DNA of 64,000 nt from positions 64,914,001-64,978,000 of the forward strand of contig OZ336885.1 of NCBI GenBank assembly GCA_965287045.1. Reading direction: 5' to 3'. How positions within the stretch are numbered: the stretch's first letter is position 1; each line of letters begins with the position of its first letter. The notes beneath the pieces were generated by a model. The model did not search any database and was not told where the DNA came from. It was given only the letters and a program-made list of their open reading frames with translations. Shown one piece after another: positions 26,329 to 39,289 of the stretch. The position numbers and the translations under genes are program-made. Source of the stretch: Carcharhinus amblyrhynchos. Taxonomy: Eukaryota.

Positions 26329-27129
26329 CAGACGACACAGTAGATAGCAATATAAATTGACATGGCAGAAATTTTTGTTGCCAATAAAAAGGCAATATTA
26401 ATTTGAGGCAAATAAATGTTGAGTTTAAATCAGCCTTACCATCGGTGCGCTTCTTCAGGTCTAGGTGGTGGAAACATCACAAACAAACGATAGAAAAGCA
26501 AATTAGAAAATTCAATTTTGTCGATTGATTGAAAAGTTGCTGAGAATGCATTGCATTTTTCATCAGAATATTTTGTGAGGTTAAGATGTTTTCATTATCT
26601 CTTTGTTTTTCGGCTTCCGAGAAAGTACGGTAACATACGACTTTGGTGGACATAACGCCTTTGAGGGTGCGCACAATAAAATCCAAAGTATAAATTTAAT
26701 GTCTTTAAAACTATCACGAAGAAAAGTAAATATCCACAATGATTTGTGCAATCATCTGAAAATCCATCCACGAAGTGATGGAAGTGAGATATCCCCAAAA
26801 GTTTCAACAAAAAAAAATCCTCCACTACGAAGAAGTGAAAATGGAAATTTGAATGTTTTGCGGGGTAATCAGCTGTTGTGTGTCTCAGCAACTGGAAGAC
26901 TAAGAATTGATTTTTTTTTAAAGACAAACGAAAATATGGGATAAATCCATCAGTCCTGTCAGTATCTGTGAGGAGAGACCAGTTCATTTTTTTGAAATCA
27001 TATACATTCCGCAACAACGTTAAAATGCAATTTTGTACATCAGCTTGATGGCACAGTGATATTTTTCAGATGTCCTTTTTTAGGCTGTGTGATAGTCGTT
27101 GACAATAGGGATTTTTAGCTTTAAACTCG

Positions 27130-27835
27130 GGCCGCTAGAGGCCATTCATTGTGCAGTTTTGGTGTCCTAATCTGAGGGAGGATGTCCTGACTCCAGAGGG
27201 CGTACAAAGAAGGTTTTACCAGGCTGATTCCTGGGATGGTAGGTCTGTCACATGAGGAGAACCTTAATCAGTTAAGATTATATTCACTGGAGTTTAGAAC
27301 AGTGAGAGCGGATCTCATCGAAACATATACAAATCTAACAGTGTTGTGCGGGTTAAGTTCAGAAAGAATGTTGCCAATTGTGGGGGTGTCCAGACGTTGG
27401 GGCCATAGATGAGGATAAGGGATATCCTATTTTGAAGTGAGGTGATGATAAATTTCTTCATCCAGACGGTGGCAAATCTTTTGGAATTGACTTCTACCGA
27501 AGGAGGTTGAGGCCTCAATCTTGCCTGATTTCAGAAGAAATATCATAGTTTGCTGTTCGGTCTGAAGTGATCAAGGGTCATGAGTGAATGCGATTGTCAG
27601 GATGTTGGATTCGATGATCACCCTTGATCAAAATGGAAATAGTAAGAATCTCATTGGTCCAGACTAGAGCCCAGCAGATTTATTTAGACTCAAGTGCTTT
27701 CAGGTTGCTGCGACTTCCTCAGGTGAGTCCCTCAAATGAGCGAGGAGCAACATCCCCAAACCTCGTGTTTTCAAATAATCAAAACGAATGACAGAGCAGC
27801 GCGAAGGGTCCAATATTCTCCTCCTGCTTCCAGTT
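27130..27835 (+). mobile_element. Old CR1 3' fragment (shared insertion) with nested degenerate Penelope end (~27640-27780)
   Basis: tgtgcagttttggtgtcct (CVQFW) and ctggagtttagaacagtgagagcggatctcatcgaaac. Confidence 0.8.
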
Positions 27836-28199
27836 TTTCATTCACAAAATCCAATGTTCATTATTGTGCCTTTCTATCCAACAACCATTGTGCTCGTTCA
27901 CGTTAGCCCGTGGGCTTGATACACATTTATAATATGTATTTCTGTGCGCGAATTTGCTGTAAACATTGTATATTTCAACACGTTGAAAGTGCAACTTTTT
28001 AACTGGTCATTATTCGGATGTGGTGCAGAGAGTCATGCTGATAGCACTTCCCATTAGTTAGTACAGTTTGATTCTTCAACTGCTTATTATCCATTAAATG
28101 TCCCGAATCAATTTTGGGACACACAACTTCTGCGACTATTTAAACGGAACAATCTGACTTCTGCTCCTATTTAGAAAAAAAAAACCTGCACTGACACCA

Positions 28200-31100
28200 A
28201 ATAAGTTTGTTTCTAGAACACAAATCTGGAATTACATATTTGCTTTGAACTACCTGTCTCGTTGAAAGTCTAAAATGCAAATTAAGCTTTTACTTTTTTT
28301 TTCGGCCTCATTGTGCCCTTGGCCCTGTAGAGATAGCTGTGATTGGAAATCTGCTGGCAATGCTTGACAAAAAACTTGTTGCCGGAGATATACCATTTCA
28401 CAGAATCACCATCAGGTGAATACTATGTTTTTTTTCTTGGAATGTGTTAGCAATAATGATGTCTGTATAACCAGTTCAGTTAGTGTTCCTAAAAATAGTA
28501 TACTTTTGAAAAAATTAGATAGCTCCATGCCGAAACAAGCAACGACCTTCTGATTTGAGTCGTTAGGTTGATTCAAGTCAAATGGAAGCACAGTTTGCCA
28601 GCTTCTCACTGAACGACGCAGAGGTACATATATTCTGTGTTGGGCTTTTCTTACTGGCACCATTTAAACAGTGTAAATATTAAATACATTAAACATTAAT
28701 GCCTGACTTCAGATATTCGTTTCATTTCACAGCGTAGCAGAACAGTTTTTCATAGCTGCGATATCTCCCATATGATACAATTTCGCAATGATCATAACTG
28801 CAGCAAGGAAAGCTTTCTAAATAGCTTTAAACTGCAGAAACATAACGGAAGTCGTTTCGATTAAATGTTGAGGCTTAAATGCTAACTCTGAAAAAAAAAT
28901 GGACAGTAAAAAATGTGTCCAGGAGTCGTCTTCAATTGCGTACAATCAGTAAAATGTATGCGTTGGGTTTGTTTTTTTTTTCAAAAATTCGAAAAGATAG
29001 CATATTAGCGAAATTAAATTAAAAAAAACACGAATCTTTTCTCTGCGTAAAGGGCAGTCCGCCTTGTTAACTCCATCTTTCTCTGTTGAGTTATGAACAT
29101 TAAGTATTTCCCCATATTTTCGCGTCACTATTATGTGTGTATCAATATGTTTGCCGCCGGATCAGAAGTCCTAAGATGTTTAATTATGTTAAACTATTGC
29201 CAAACATTTAGTTGATTTAGACATTAGTAAGAACATAACGGGTTACTTTCCACGTGTAATTCAACAGTCAATTTCGGAAGTTATTGTTGAAACAATCGTT
29301 ATTTCACAATACAATTGAAACAGAACAGAAAGATGTACATTTTTTTAACGAAATGAATTATTTAAATATGATATGGTAAGTAATATTCTACAGACATAAA
29401 CTTCTACGCAATCGATTCGGACAACACACAGACTTATGCCATTAGCCTCTACCCCAGTCTCTTAACGCACCTAGGCAGAAGTATAACTGGACATCTGCCT
29501 TCTGATTCTCACATAGTCTTCTTCAGAGAACGAGCTGTCGTCACAAAGAGACGAACTCCACAGATAAAGATTAAGCTATCCTCACAACGCATGACTCCCG
29601 ACAGAAGGAGAGGGGTGGGGATAAGGTGCAATCTCTTTTGAAATTTTCACTCTTCGGCAGAGAGATTCAATTTTGCTAGCTGGTCCTAGACTTCAACTTC
29701 CAGAAATACATAGGGGAACAACGACATAGAAATTGTTACTGTTCTGTACGAGTTGGAAACTGTAACAGCTTTTTTTTTATTTTCTTCTCTGGCAGTTAGC
29801 ATAAATCCAGATGTTCACATGAACTTCACCATAATTCAATACTACTCTGAAAACCAGTAGGTATCCTAAGTATTACACACTGTACGAGTTCAGATTAAAA
29901 TTAACGCACACGTAAATAGGAACAATTGTCCTTCTGCATGCCCATCATGTAGTTTGTTACTGGTAGCAATTTGCCATTGTTAAATAGAGCTGCTGTATGT
30001 GCACATCCTCAACTAGAAATACAGTGTTAAGTATGCTTTGTAAAGACAAAGTATCGGCACATCCAGCAAATATCCCCCACCCCCCACACCACCAACCGCC
30101 CTCCACCCCCCCCCCCCACCCCACCAACCGCCCTCCCCCCCCAAAAAAAAAGAACCTGCAAGATTTCTTCAGAAACTCTGGTTTCATATTCTTAGTGGTC
30201 TACAATATATAGGCATTTTTTATTAAAATAAATCCGGCTAATAAAACAACAGTGTGTTCGTTTGAAGTCATTTCACGCCAAAATTGAATACTTCTTCTTC
30301 CTCGATGAACATTTAAATTGGCCATCAACAACCATGTTTTCTATGTATTCTTTTGCCCACTCGCTGCTCTTTTTCAGCTGTTTCTTTTCCCGTTTCAAAA
30401 TCTTTGTTTCCTCTTGATCCTGATTTAATCCCAAGTACAAGCCCAGTTTCCTTGTCACGGTTGTATTTCATTACTGACAATTCTTCACAGAAATCGGTAG
30501 ACTCAGAAGGATACAGTACATATTGGATGAAAACTGAAACTAAACGCATCTGAGTTGCATTATTATTTCTTCCATTGTGTCTAAACCGTGCTCACAGTAC
30601 CAAAATGTCCAAAGTTTGAACTGCTCGAGGACTTTGTCCAAGAAAGTTTCTCCATTAGCACATTTTCTGAAGTTCACATACGTGATTTAGGACCATCCAA
30701 AAGGTCACTTTACCTGTGGACCTTTTTTTTGTCTTCTGTCCTTTGTTTCTGTGTCGAACAGTTTAATTACACCTTCTAGTTTGCTGGGACTTTCAAACAT
30801 GTTTCCAGTGGATCCGCTATGAATTATTTCTGTTCCAATGCGTTATATTCTTTTGTTTGTTTATTCTAGATCTTCTTCGGTTTATTTGTCTATTACTTGG
30901 CAAAATCATTTTTTTAAAATATTTTTTATCAGTATTTCTTACATTCATGTTTTTAGTGATAACCGTTGCTGTTATGCTGCAAAGGGAAATAATTGTGATC
31001 TACTTGAACATCAGCACTGTACAATACTCCTTTGGTCTATATCGATGACTACGCAAACCGTATAGCTTTATTCTTCCAGCATGGCATTTTAAATCATGTT

Positions 31101-32200
31101 GCAGCTTCATGACCTTGACATATATTTTCATTTGCAATCATACAATACTTCTGCTCCTCAATTTCCTTCCTAGTATCACATATTAATGATGATTCCTCCA
31201 AATGTTTCTTCAGTAATACGATGTGGTGCTGTTGGCAAAACAGCATGTTTGCTCAGCAGTTTTGAACAACTCGTATAGGATCTACAGCATTTACCTTTCA
31301 CCTCAAATCTTCTCTTTCCTTACTCTCACCCAAAAGAGAAACTGCGTCGCTCTTCTGTTTTCACCAGTATCATATTGTAAATATCTGCCTCGATTTGTGA
31401 CTTCATTGTCCAAGATTTATATCTATCAACCATTGTTAGGTTGTTCTTGATTGAGGCTTTGGTGGCTGTGCTTCAGACCGAACACACACTCTTTTTGTTC
31501 TCTTCTCAACCAGTGAGAAAAATAATTGCTTAATTTATGTAAGCATTTCGAAATTGTAGTTGAATTTTCTGCATGTACATCAGGCATAATTGTCATATTA
31601 TCTAAATTATTCCCATATATTTCCCCAGATTGCCAAAAAAAAGTCCTGATTATGTTCATTTTCCTGTGGATGACACTCTATAATTTTGCACAATTTGTCA
31701 AAAAAAAAGTTCCGGTAATTCAATCCAATGTGAGAAAGGCCAAATTAAGTAAATGATCGATAAATGTCTTTGCTTCTGAGTTGCAGCTATCACATAATTT
31801 TTGTCCGTTCGTTTGCTAAACAAAAAAGTTTCAACGCCTTCACATGAAACAAACTGTGTGGTTTCCTTCAATGTAGGAAGATTCTCAAAAAATTTACATT
31901 GCTCAGCATATATGTACGACTCCATAAGTCCCATCAAGCAGTGTCTTATTAAAGCTTCAACTACGAATTTTAATCATACCATTACTGTATCTACAAAAGT
32001 AAACCAGAACATTTGGATATTACATCTGTTTCTTTTTGTATCACTTTTATGTGCGGTCTGACCCCCTCAGCGCATTCAGTTTAACACAGAGTCCAATGTT
32101 GCAGTCTCAGAACGTTAATACATCAAATTCTACTTGAACAATTCAAGCAGTGCTCTTACCTACTGACTAAGAAAAAAGTTCAAATAGCAAAAAAAAAGAT
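28200..32200 (-). mobile_element. Longest continuous decayed Gmr1-like Gypsy body (gag -> PR -> IN -> RT), copy F
   Basis: gag LPTL..GVETFLFS (~31870) and YELFK (~31270); KRIHRK..EEEE (~30330); EDVHIQQLYL (~30000, ~EVHQVVL); RDWGRG (~29455, ~EDWDKG); RTSD (~29165); MGDIAAMK (~28765); MVPVRK..(28663, RT start). IN lies upstream of RT. Confidence 0.7.
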
Positions 32201-32252
32201 TCTTTCCTTATGGCCGTCCATGCAAAATTGTCTAATTTACGTGATAACAAGG

Positions 32253-33283
32253 ACATAAGAATATCAGAACGACGAGCAGGAGCAGACCATCAGGCGCCCC
32301 GAGCCTGCTCAACATTCAATAAAGTCATGGCTGATATTTTGTCGACTTGGCTCCACTTAACTGCCCTCTCACCATAACCCTTACTTTTCCTTTACTTTTC
32401 AAAAAATATATATACCCTTGCCTTAAAAGCATTCAATGTACTGAGCTCAACTGTTTCATTGGGCAGGGATTCCAAAGATTCTTAATGCTGTGTGCGAAGA
32501 AATTCCTCCTCAACTCCTAAATCTGTTTCCCCTCATTATGAGACTATGCCACTTAGTTCTATTTTCACCCGACAGTGGAAACAACTTCCTTGCTTCTATC
32601 TTATCAATTTCCTTCGTAATCTGTTTATGTTTCTGTAAGATCTCCCGTCATTCTTCTGGATTCCAGCGAGTGCATCGCAGTCAACTCAGTCTCTCCTGAG
32701 AACCCAACCCTCTCAATTCCAGAATCAACTGAGTGAATCTTTTCTGCACCCCGTCGAGTGCCAGTGTATTCAGTCTCGAGCAAGGAGACCAAAACGGTGC
32801 ACAGTACTCCAGGTGTGACCTCACCACCAGCTTATACAACTGCAACATAATCTCACTGTTTTTAAACTCCTTCCCTTTAACAATGAAGGACAAAATTCCA
32901 TTTGTCTTCTTAATTAAATGCTGCACTTGCAAACCAACTTCTGGAGATACCTGCACAAGGGCACCCGGGTTCCTCTGCAGAACAGCATTCTACTTTTTTT
33001 TCTACCATTTAAACAATAATCCATTTTTGCTGTTATTCCTACCAAAACGGATGACCTCACATTTACCAAGATTGTACTCCATCTGTCAGGTCCTCGCCCA
33101 CACACATTGATTATCTTATCCCTTTACAGACTTTCAGCCTTCTCTGCAAAGTTCGCTCTTGTACCCATCTAAGTGTCATCTGCGGATTTTGGCACACTTG
33201 GTCCCAACGCTAGACATTCTATGTAAATCGTAAACAATTCTTGTCCCAACAATGATCCCTGAGAAACACCACTAGTCACTGAT
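32253..33283 (-). mobile_element. CR1/HER1 LINE 3' ~1 kb
   Basis: ORF 32681-32956 MLQLYKLVVRSHLEYCAPFWSP; tail complement cataagaat at 32254. Confidence 0.92.
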
Positions 33284-33289
33284 ATGTTT

Positions 33290-34900
33290 CTTGACCATGT
33301 GCCTTGAACGTGGCATTTAATGTTAGATGTTGTCGTTCTAATGCACGCCGCAATTCTTCATGTGACATAGTTACTCGAAGTTATTTTGCACGTCGGAAAT
33401 CGATAAATTTATTTTATATCTTCGAACTAAGAAATGACCCCTGATCCGACTGTATTTCTTTGGTAACCCACATGTAGTCACATAACAATACTAAATTTCT
33501 CTACAATCCTCTTTGCTGTTACATTATGTAACTTAATAAATTACGTTGAAATATTGCAGTCACATTCATGATTGTTATTAGATACTGATCCGTGATCTTC
33601 GTTACCGGCATGGATCTAAGCAATTGATGAACACCCTTGTACAAAGGATGCACAAATTCGGTAAAAGGTACAGATGGCATCCAAAATTGCATTCATGCTT
33701 CATAAAACTTCACTTAACATTGAAGATGCAAGTATTCACATTTTAGTGAATGGGATATAACAGTTCATAGAATGTCCAATCAGTTCGAATTTGGATTGCC
33801 GACACAATTTATGTGATATTATTGACAGTTGAGTTAAACGCTCAAAATGGCAAGAATTTCGATTGGGTGGTTCATTTTCTCTGAATGTTGCCAATGCGCT
33901 GTTTCAAGAATATGCCATTTCTCTTTTTCTTAACTTTGTGTTGTATCACTTCAATTTAATTAGTTGCTTCGAAACTTCTCAGAGAATTCATACCATATTT
34001 ATATACTTTAATCGGGTAAGAAATAAGTTGAGAAAGGTGATAAATACTAAACTGCTTAAAATACATCGTGTCGTAGTAGTCAAAAACAGTGAAATAATTA
34101 TCCATGTGTGGGTGCAGTCCGCTCAGAATCTTATTAATTGCTTAAAATTACGATTTTGTGCAATATATCTCATAACTTATCAATCATACATTCAAGGCCT
34201 TGACCGATGCCATCCGAGTCTCGCTTCAGTTTTATTTCTGTGATCAAACCGTGGACTCGGTGTTTCTGCAACTGCTTTACATGGAACGCAATTATTTTGA
34301 ATGAAACGTGCGCCTCAATATTTATCTGTCAACTTCATTTACGTTCAATATTTCAGAATTCTTTGCTTCTCATTGATGTGTCCACATTTTCGTATTAGTG
34401 AAAAGCGAGTTGTTCACTTTCTGCAGGTACTTCTTCCGTAGTATATGTTGCCTTATCATTATTAGCGAATCGATTCACATCTCTGCTATAAACATCAAAA
34501 TATATTAATTTTTTTCTTTTGTCCTCTCGTTCTCCTAGGTTTCCAGGATTGGCATATCCTTCCCTTCCAGTCCAACAATAATTCTCCAAATGTTTCCCTC
34601 TTTCGCATTTCTTTGAAAGTTCTATACATTTATTCCTGTGGTAATCATGTTGGAACATCAACATATTTATCCCGTTACGACATTCGTTTGGGGAAATTGA
34701 TATGTCGACTTGTTTATTTCAATGTGCACAATATATCCAGTTGTTTACCTAAGAGAAAGGAATTCGCCCGAGGGTCTGGGAAAGCTTTGAATCTCTGTTT
34801 GCATATCAATCTAATCGTGACTAATCCTTCAGTCTCCTACCATCTTAACGAAAGCGATATCCATCTCAACAAGCAATGATCTTAAAAGTCGACGTTCATC
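33290..34900 (-). mobile_element. pol: Decayed Gypsy PR -> IN, copy G
   Basis: CTRVFINCLDP (~FTRVLIDCVGP) at ~33620 and GINMLMFQHD (~GIQFILGND) at ~34660. Confidence 0.55.
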
Positions 34901-34949
34901 ATTTTCTAATGGCAATTGTGATTGATGACTTCCAATTTTAATTTAATCA

Positions 34950-36180
34950 ATTAGCATTTAAAAATAAACAGCAAAACATGCTACAAGGCACAGTCTCGGT
35001 AAACAACATCATAAAGAAGAATGGAGGGTAAATTCGTCTGACCATTTTGACTCTTTGTCAGATCTGTGTGGGATTGGAGAAATCAAACGACTCGTTGGCA
35101 TCAATTCCGTTTACATCCAACATCAAAATAAAAGAGCGACCAAATAAAGAGAAGGCCAAATTAAGGTTGAATTGCGATAGTTGTTCTGGAAAAAAAACAT
35201 TATTGCTGGGCATTTTGAACGCGACAATTATTAAGATGGCTTGTTTCCTTAATCCACTGTTGTATTGCCATTTGAAAACTATCAGTGATATCTGACCTCG
35301 GTGGAAAGAACGTAACCAGTAGATTGCTTCAGGAGATTGCCTGCTGAGTTCTGGGACACAATATATACCGCTGCACAGATTTTCTTTTTTGTGAATTTGT
35401 ATTAATGCTCATTTGAAGTCGACAGAACAAAAACATAATTAACAAATTTTACTAGACGCTTGAACACACCCGTAAACCCTAACCTCCAATATAAAGTGAA
35501 GAGAAGTTGAATTGCAAGAATATCTGCGAGAAAAAAAAATCTACAGTTTCAGCAATTGTAAAGCGAGACAATTCAATTATCCCGTTTAAAAAAAAAAGTG
35601 CTGAATTTATTCAGCCGGCCTGTGAGCACCTCGGGGGAGAGGAGGAAAATTAATTTTTCGACACAGGATAACCCAACGACGCATAATTGCGATTTTCTGT
35701 TTCTACTCGATAACTCACTGGCATTTGTTTCCAGATGCTTCGAAGTTTGTTGATTCGCACTAAAATATATAGCTTGCTCATTAATGCCCGATTTCCACTG
35801 CAGAAGTTCATTCAGTTTCTTATTGATGCTTTTGGGGTTGTCTTGCAGATGTTGATGACAATATTTCGAATTAATCATGTTCTTCTTTTTGAATGTTTAA
35901 TTGTGTGCTTTTAAAACGTACGACTGGGATTGGAAGAAAAAAAAATGGATGGCATACATTCCAATTGTGTGGAAAATAAAAATTCAAAATCTCAAATATA
36001 TCACATTGAGTTGCCCTACAATCTCAATGTAAAGCAGCGCGGTTCTTTGGCATAAACATTATATGACTGCATTTGAATTACCCCCACCATCTGCCGCGAT
36101 ATTATTGATCTTTTTAAATGCATTTGTGATAGGCTGTTTTTCAGATCTTGTCTTGTGCGGTTCACCTTTAACAAATACGT
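34950..36180 (-). mobile_element. pol: Decayed Gypsy RT -> RNase H, copy H
   Basis: AIYFS..SKHLE..ELSSR (degenerate YIDD..HL region), KFVNY (~KFVPNF), FFSRT..FDVG (~YFSRK..FDIY). 35390-35580 is homologous to 59045-59230. Confidence 0.5.
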
Positions 36181-36194
36181 CTTAGACGAGAAGG

Positions 36195-38440
36195 CCATAC
36201 GACACAGGAACATAATTAAGCAATTTTGCCCATTGAGTCTGCTCTGACATTCAATCATGGCTGATGTTGTTTTACACATCACCACCCTTCTGCGTTTTCC
36301 TCTTAACACCAAATCCCCTTATCAATCAAGACCGTATTATTCTCAGTCTTAGAGACAGTCATGATGTGCACGCGTCTGCGTTGGACTGTGTAAGACACAA
36401 TATGAAGTGTCACAACACCAGGTTAAAGACCAACAGGTTTATTTGGTAGTAAACACCACTAGCTTTCAGGACATTGTCCCTTCGTCATGTGATTGGGAAA
36501 AACTAATGTCCCTAGTGACATGATTTCCACAGCCTTCTGCCGTAAAGAGTTCCACAGATTCACAATCCGCTGGCTGAAGTAATTCCTCCTCATTTTTTTT
36601 TTAATGATCATCGGTTTAGCCTAAATTTGTGCATTCTCGTTCTCGCTTTTCCTACCCGCGGAAGCATTCTTTCCATGTCTATTCTATTCAAGTCTTGCAG
36701 AATCCTGTAAGTTTCAATAAGTCCGCCCACCACCGCCGCCCTCCCACCACCACCCCCCCTCAACCACACCGTCCCCCCCACCCCTCCCCCCCCCCCGACC
36801 CCCGACACCCTTCGAAACTTCAACGAGTACAGATCCAGAGTCCTCAATCGTTTTTCATACGACACACTCTTCATTTTAGGAATCATTCTTGTCAAACTCG
36901 ACTGGAATCTTTCCATGACCAGCACGTCTTTCGTTAGATATCGTGTAGAAAATTCCACACAACACTCCAAGTGAGGCCTTACCAGAGCCTTATACATCCA
37001 GAGAAGTACATCCCTTATCTTGAATCCTAGCACTCTCGACATGAATGCTAACAATGCTTTTGCTTTCAAAATTCACCTTAAGAGAATCTTGAACAAGTCT
37101 CCCAAATTCCTTTTGTGTTTCTGAATTCCTAAACATTTTCTCATTTCAAAATCACACTATGCCTCCATTCTTCTTACAAAGTGCATGGCTTCACACGTTT
37201 CCACGTTGTATTCCATCCAGCACTTCTTTGCCCACACTTCTAACCTGTCCAATTCCTTCTTCAGCCCCTCAGCTTCATCAATACTACCTGCCCTTCTTCA
37301 CCTTTTGGATTATCTGCAAACTTAGCAACAGTGCCTTCTCCTTCATCAAAGCCGTCATTGTATATTGTGAAAAGGTACTTCCCAGCATTGATTACTGTGG
37401 CACACCACTAGTCAGCAGCTGCCAGCATGAGGAACACCCCTTTATTCCCACTCTCTGCCTTCTGCCGGTCAACCAATCCGCTATCCATTCCAAGGTCTTA
37501 CCCTTAAAACCTTGGGCTTTAACATACTTAACAGTTTCATAAGCAACGCCTTGTCAAACGACCTTCTGGAAATCTAAGTAAATCACATCCATTGACTCTC
37601 TTGTATGCAACTTCCTTGTTACGTCCTTAAATATCTCTAACAGAATACCAGCTATGAGGTCCTCTTGACGAAGCCGCAATGACTCATTTCGACTTTATCA
37701 TGCATCTCCAGGTACTCTGCAATCTCATCTATAATAATACACTATGCAATATTACCAATTACAGAAGACAGGCTAACCGGCCTGTTACATTCAGTCTGCT
37801 CCCTCCCTCCCACCCTTCTTAAACAGTGGTGTTACATTTGCTATTTTCCAGCGTTACGACACCCTCCCGCCCTCCAGTAATTCCTGAAAATTCACCACTA
37901 ATTTCCACACAATTCCCTCAGCAATCTCTTTTAGAACGCTGGGTAGATTCCATCGGTTCTGGCGATTTATCGACCTTCAGGCATTTCAGGTTCCCCAGAA
38001 ATTTCTCCTTAGTGACGGCGACGACACTCACCTCTGTCCCCGACTCTGTTTGAGCTCTCGCATCCCACTGGTGTCGTCCACCATGAAAACTGATGAAATG
38101 TAACTCTTCAGTTCCTCTGTCATTGGTTTATTTCCAATTATTTCTTCTGCAGCCTCATTTTCGAGTGGTCTAATGACGACTTTTTGCCCTTCTCTATAAA
38201 GATATTTGTCTGTCTTCTTTTATATTGCTAAGTAACTCACACTCATATTTCATCTCCTCCCCGTTTTTGTTTTCATGTGCTCACTTTTGAAGGGATCCTA
38301 ATCCATCGGTATCCCACTAATCCTTGCTACTTTGCATTTTTTTTTCCTTTAGCTTTTTATGTTGCACTTGACTTCCCTTGTCAACCAAGGATGCCAAATC
38401 CTCCAATAACAATTTGTCTGTTCCTTGTTATGATTAAGTT
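36195..38440 (-). mobile_element. CR1/HER1 LINE ORF2 (decayed) with nested Penelope end (36360-36500)
   Basis: ORF 36608-37069 YKALVRPHLECCVEF..LYSLKFRR..LIETYRIL; upstream KFADN and WLTGRRQRV remnants. Confidence 0.9.
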
Positions 38441-38459
38441 CGGGTTCATAGTTGCCTCC

Positions 38460-39260
38460 ATCATTCATAGCCCGGAACTATCACTTGTGCAATAAATGAT
38501 TCTACGGGACAGATTTTAATTTGAGTTCGGTCCCTTGTGTTTTCTGACTTGCGAACACATACAGATAATGGGCAGTGCTCCTGCATGCATTTTATTCAGG
38601 GGAGAACATGCAATCCATTGTGTTAGTTGAGCTAATTTGAATATGACACCGTGTCCTCTTTTCTTTAAGGAATTCAAGAAAATCTGTGTGAATTCACAGC
38701 CTTTTGCAATGTCGAAACATCGACAGTTCTACTCCCCTTGATTCAACAACTTTGGATCTGACCGTTGACAGGAATGTTTGTGCACAAACCATGAGTCAGA
38801 TTTCGCCGAATTAATTAATCCTTGTCAAGAAATGGACAATCGTGGAAATTTAAGAAAGACCAGTACATGGCAATTGGACCATGTACTGATGTAGCTTGCC
38901 CGACACCTCAGATCAGTGGATGTCTTCCTGCGTTATATTTTCTCAGGACTGCCTTACTCCCGTGAATCTAACCAATTCTGCTTTAATGATCTTCAAAAAG
39001 TATGCATTGATTGCCGTCTGAGACAGGAGTCTGAGCATCGAAGCTTAAATCAATCGAGGGATGGCAGTAGCTTTGAACTGCAGCTCAGAAATGCTAAATG
39101 TCCCGTATTGTTGCATTCTACCGATGTTACGTATAGGAATGTCAGTATTCTAGATAGATAAACGAATGACAATGAATATTGCAAACTTAGTCAAAAGGAC
39201 GATGAAAAAAAAATACACAATATGATTTGGAAACTAAACAAAAAAAAACTGAGGAACCCA
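38460..39260 (-). mobile_element. pol: Decayed Gypsy integrase N-terminus/core fragment
   Basis: VLRKY..KLHQYMVQLP (~VLMRKW..EVHQVVLP) and MDCMFSP (~IDCVGP). Confidence 0.55.
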
Positions 39261-39289
39261 TTGGGGAGTTTAGAATCTTTAGGAAGATC

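Larger units (their letters stand above)
24150..28100 (-). mobile_element. pol: Decayed Gypsy gag-3'/PR/IN, copy E (with nested CR1 tail, HE1 SINE and CR1)
   Basis: DIKFIL (PR end, ~26700), EIGATERW (~24740), and IN C-terminal helix YIDRQIHKL..SAQKSVKDRA (24300-24520). Collinear with copy B. Confidence 0.7.

Noticed and set aside
14230-26470. Apparent 21-nt micro-exon (ctag|acctgaa..|gtaagg at ~14238-14258 and ~26439-26459) and a multi-exon minus-strand gene model
   Set aside because: Neighbouring 'exons' contain stops and frameshifts, are no better conserved than 'introns' between paralogs, and are explained as Gypsy PR/IN remnants.
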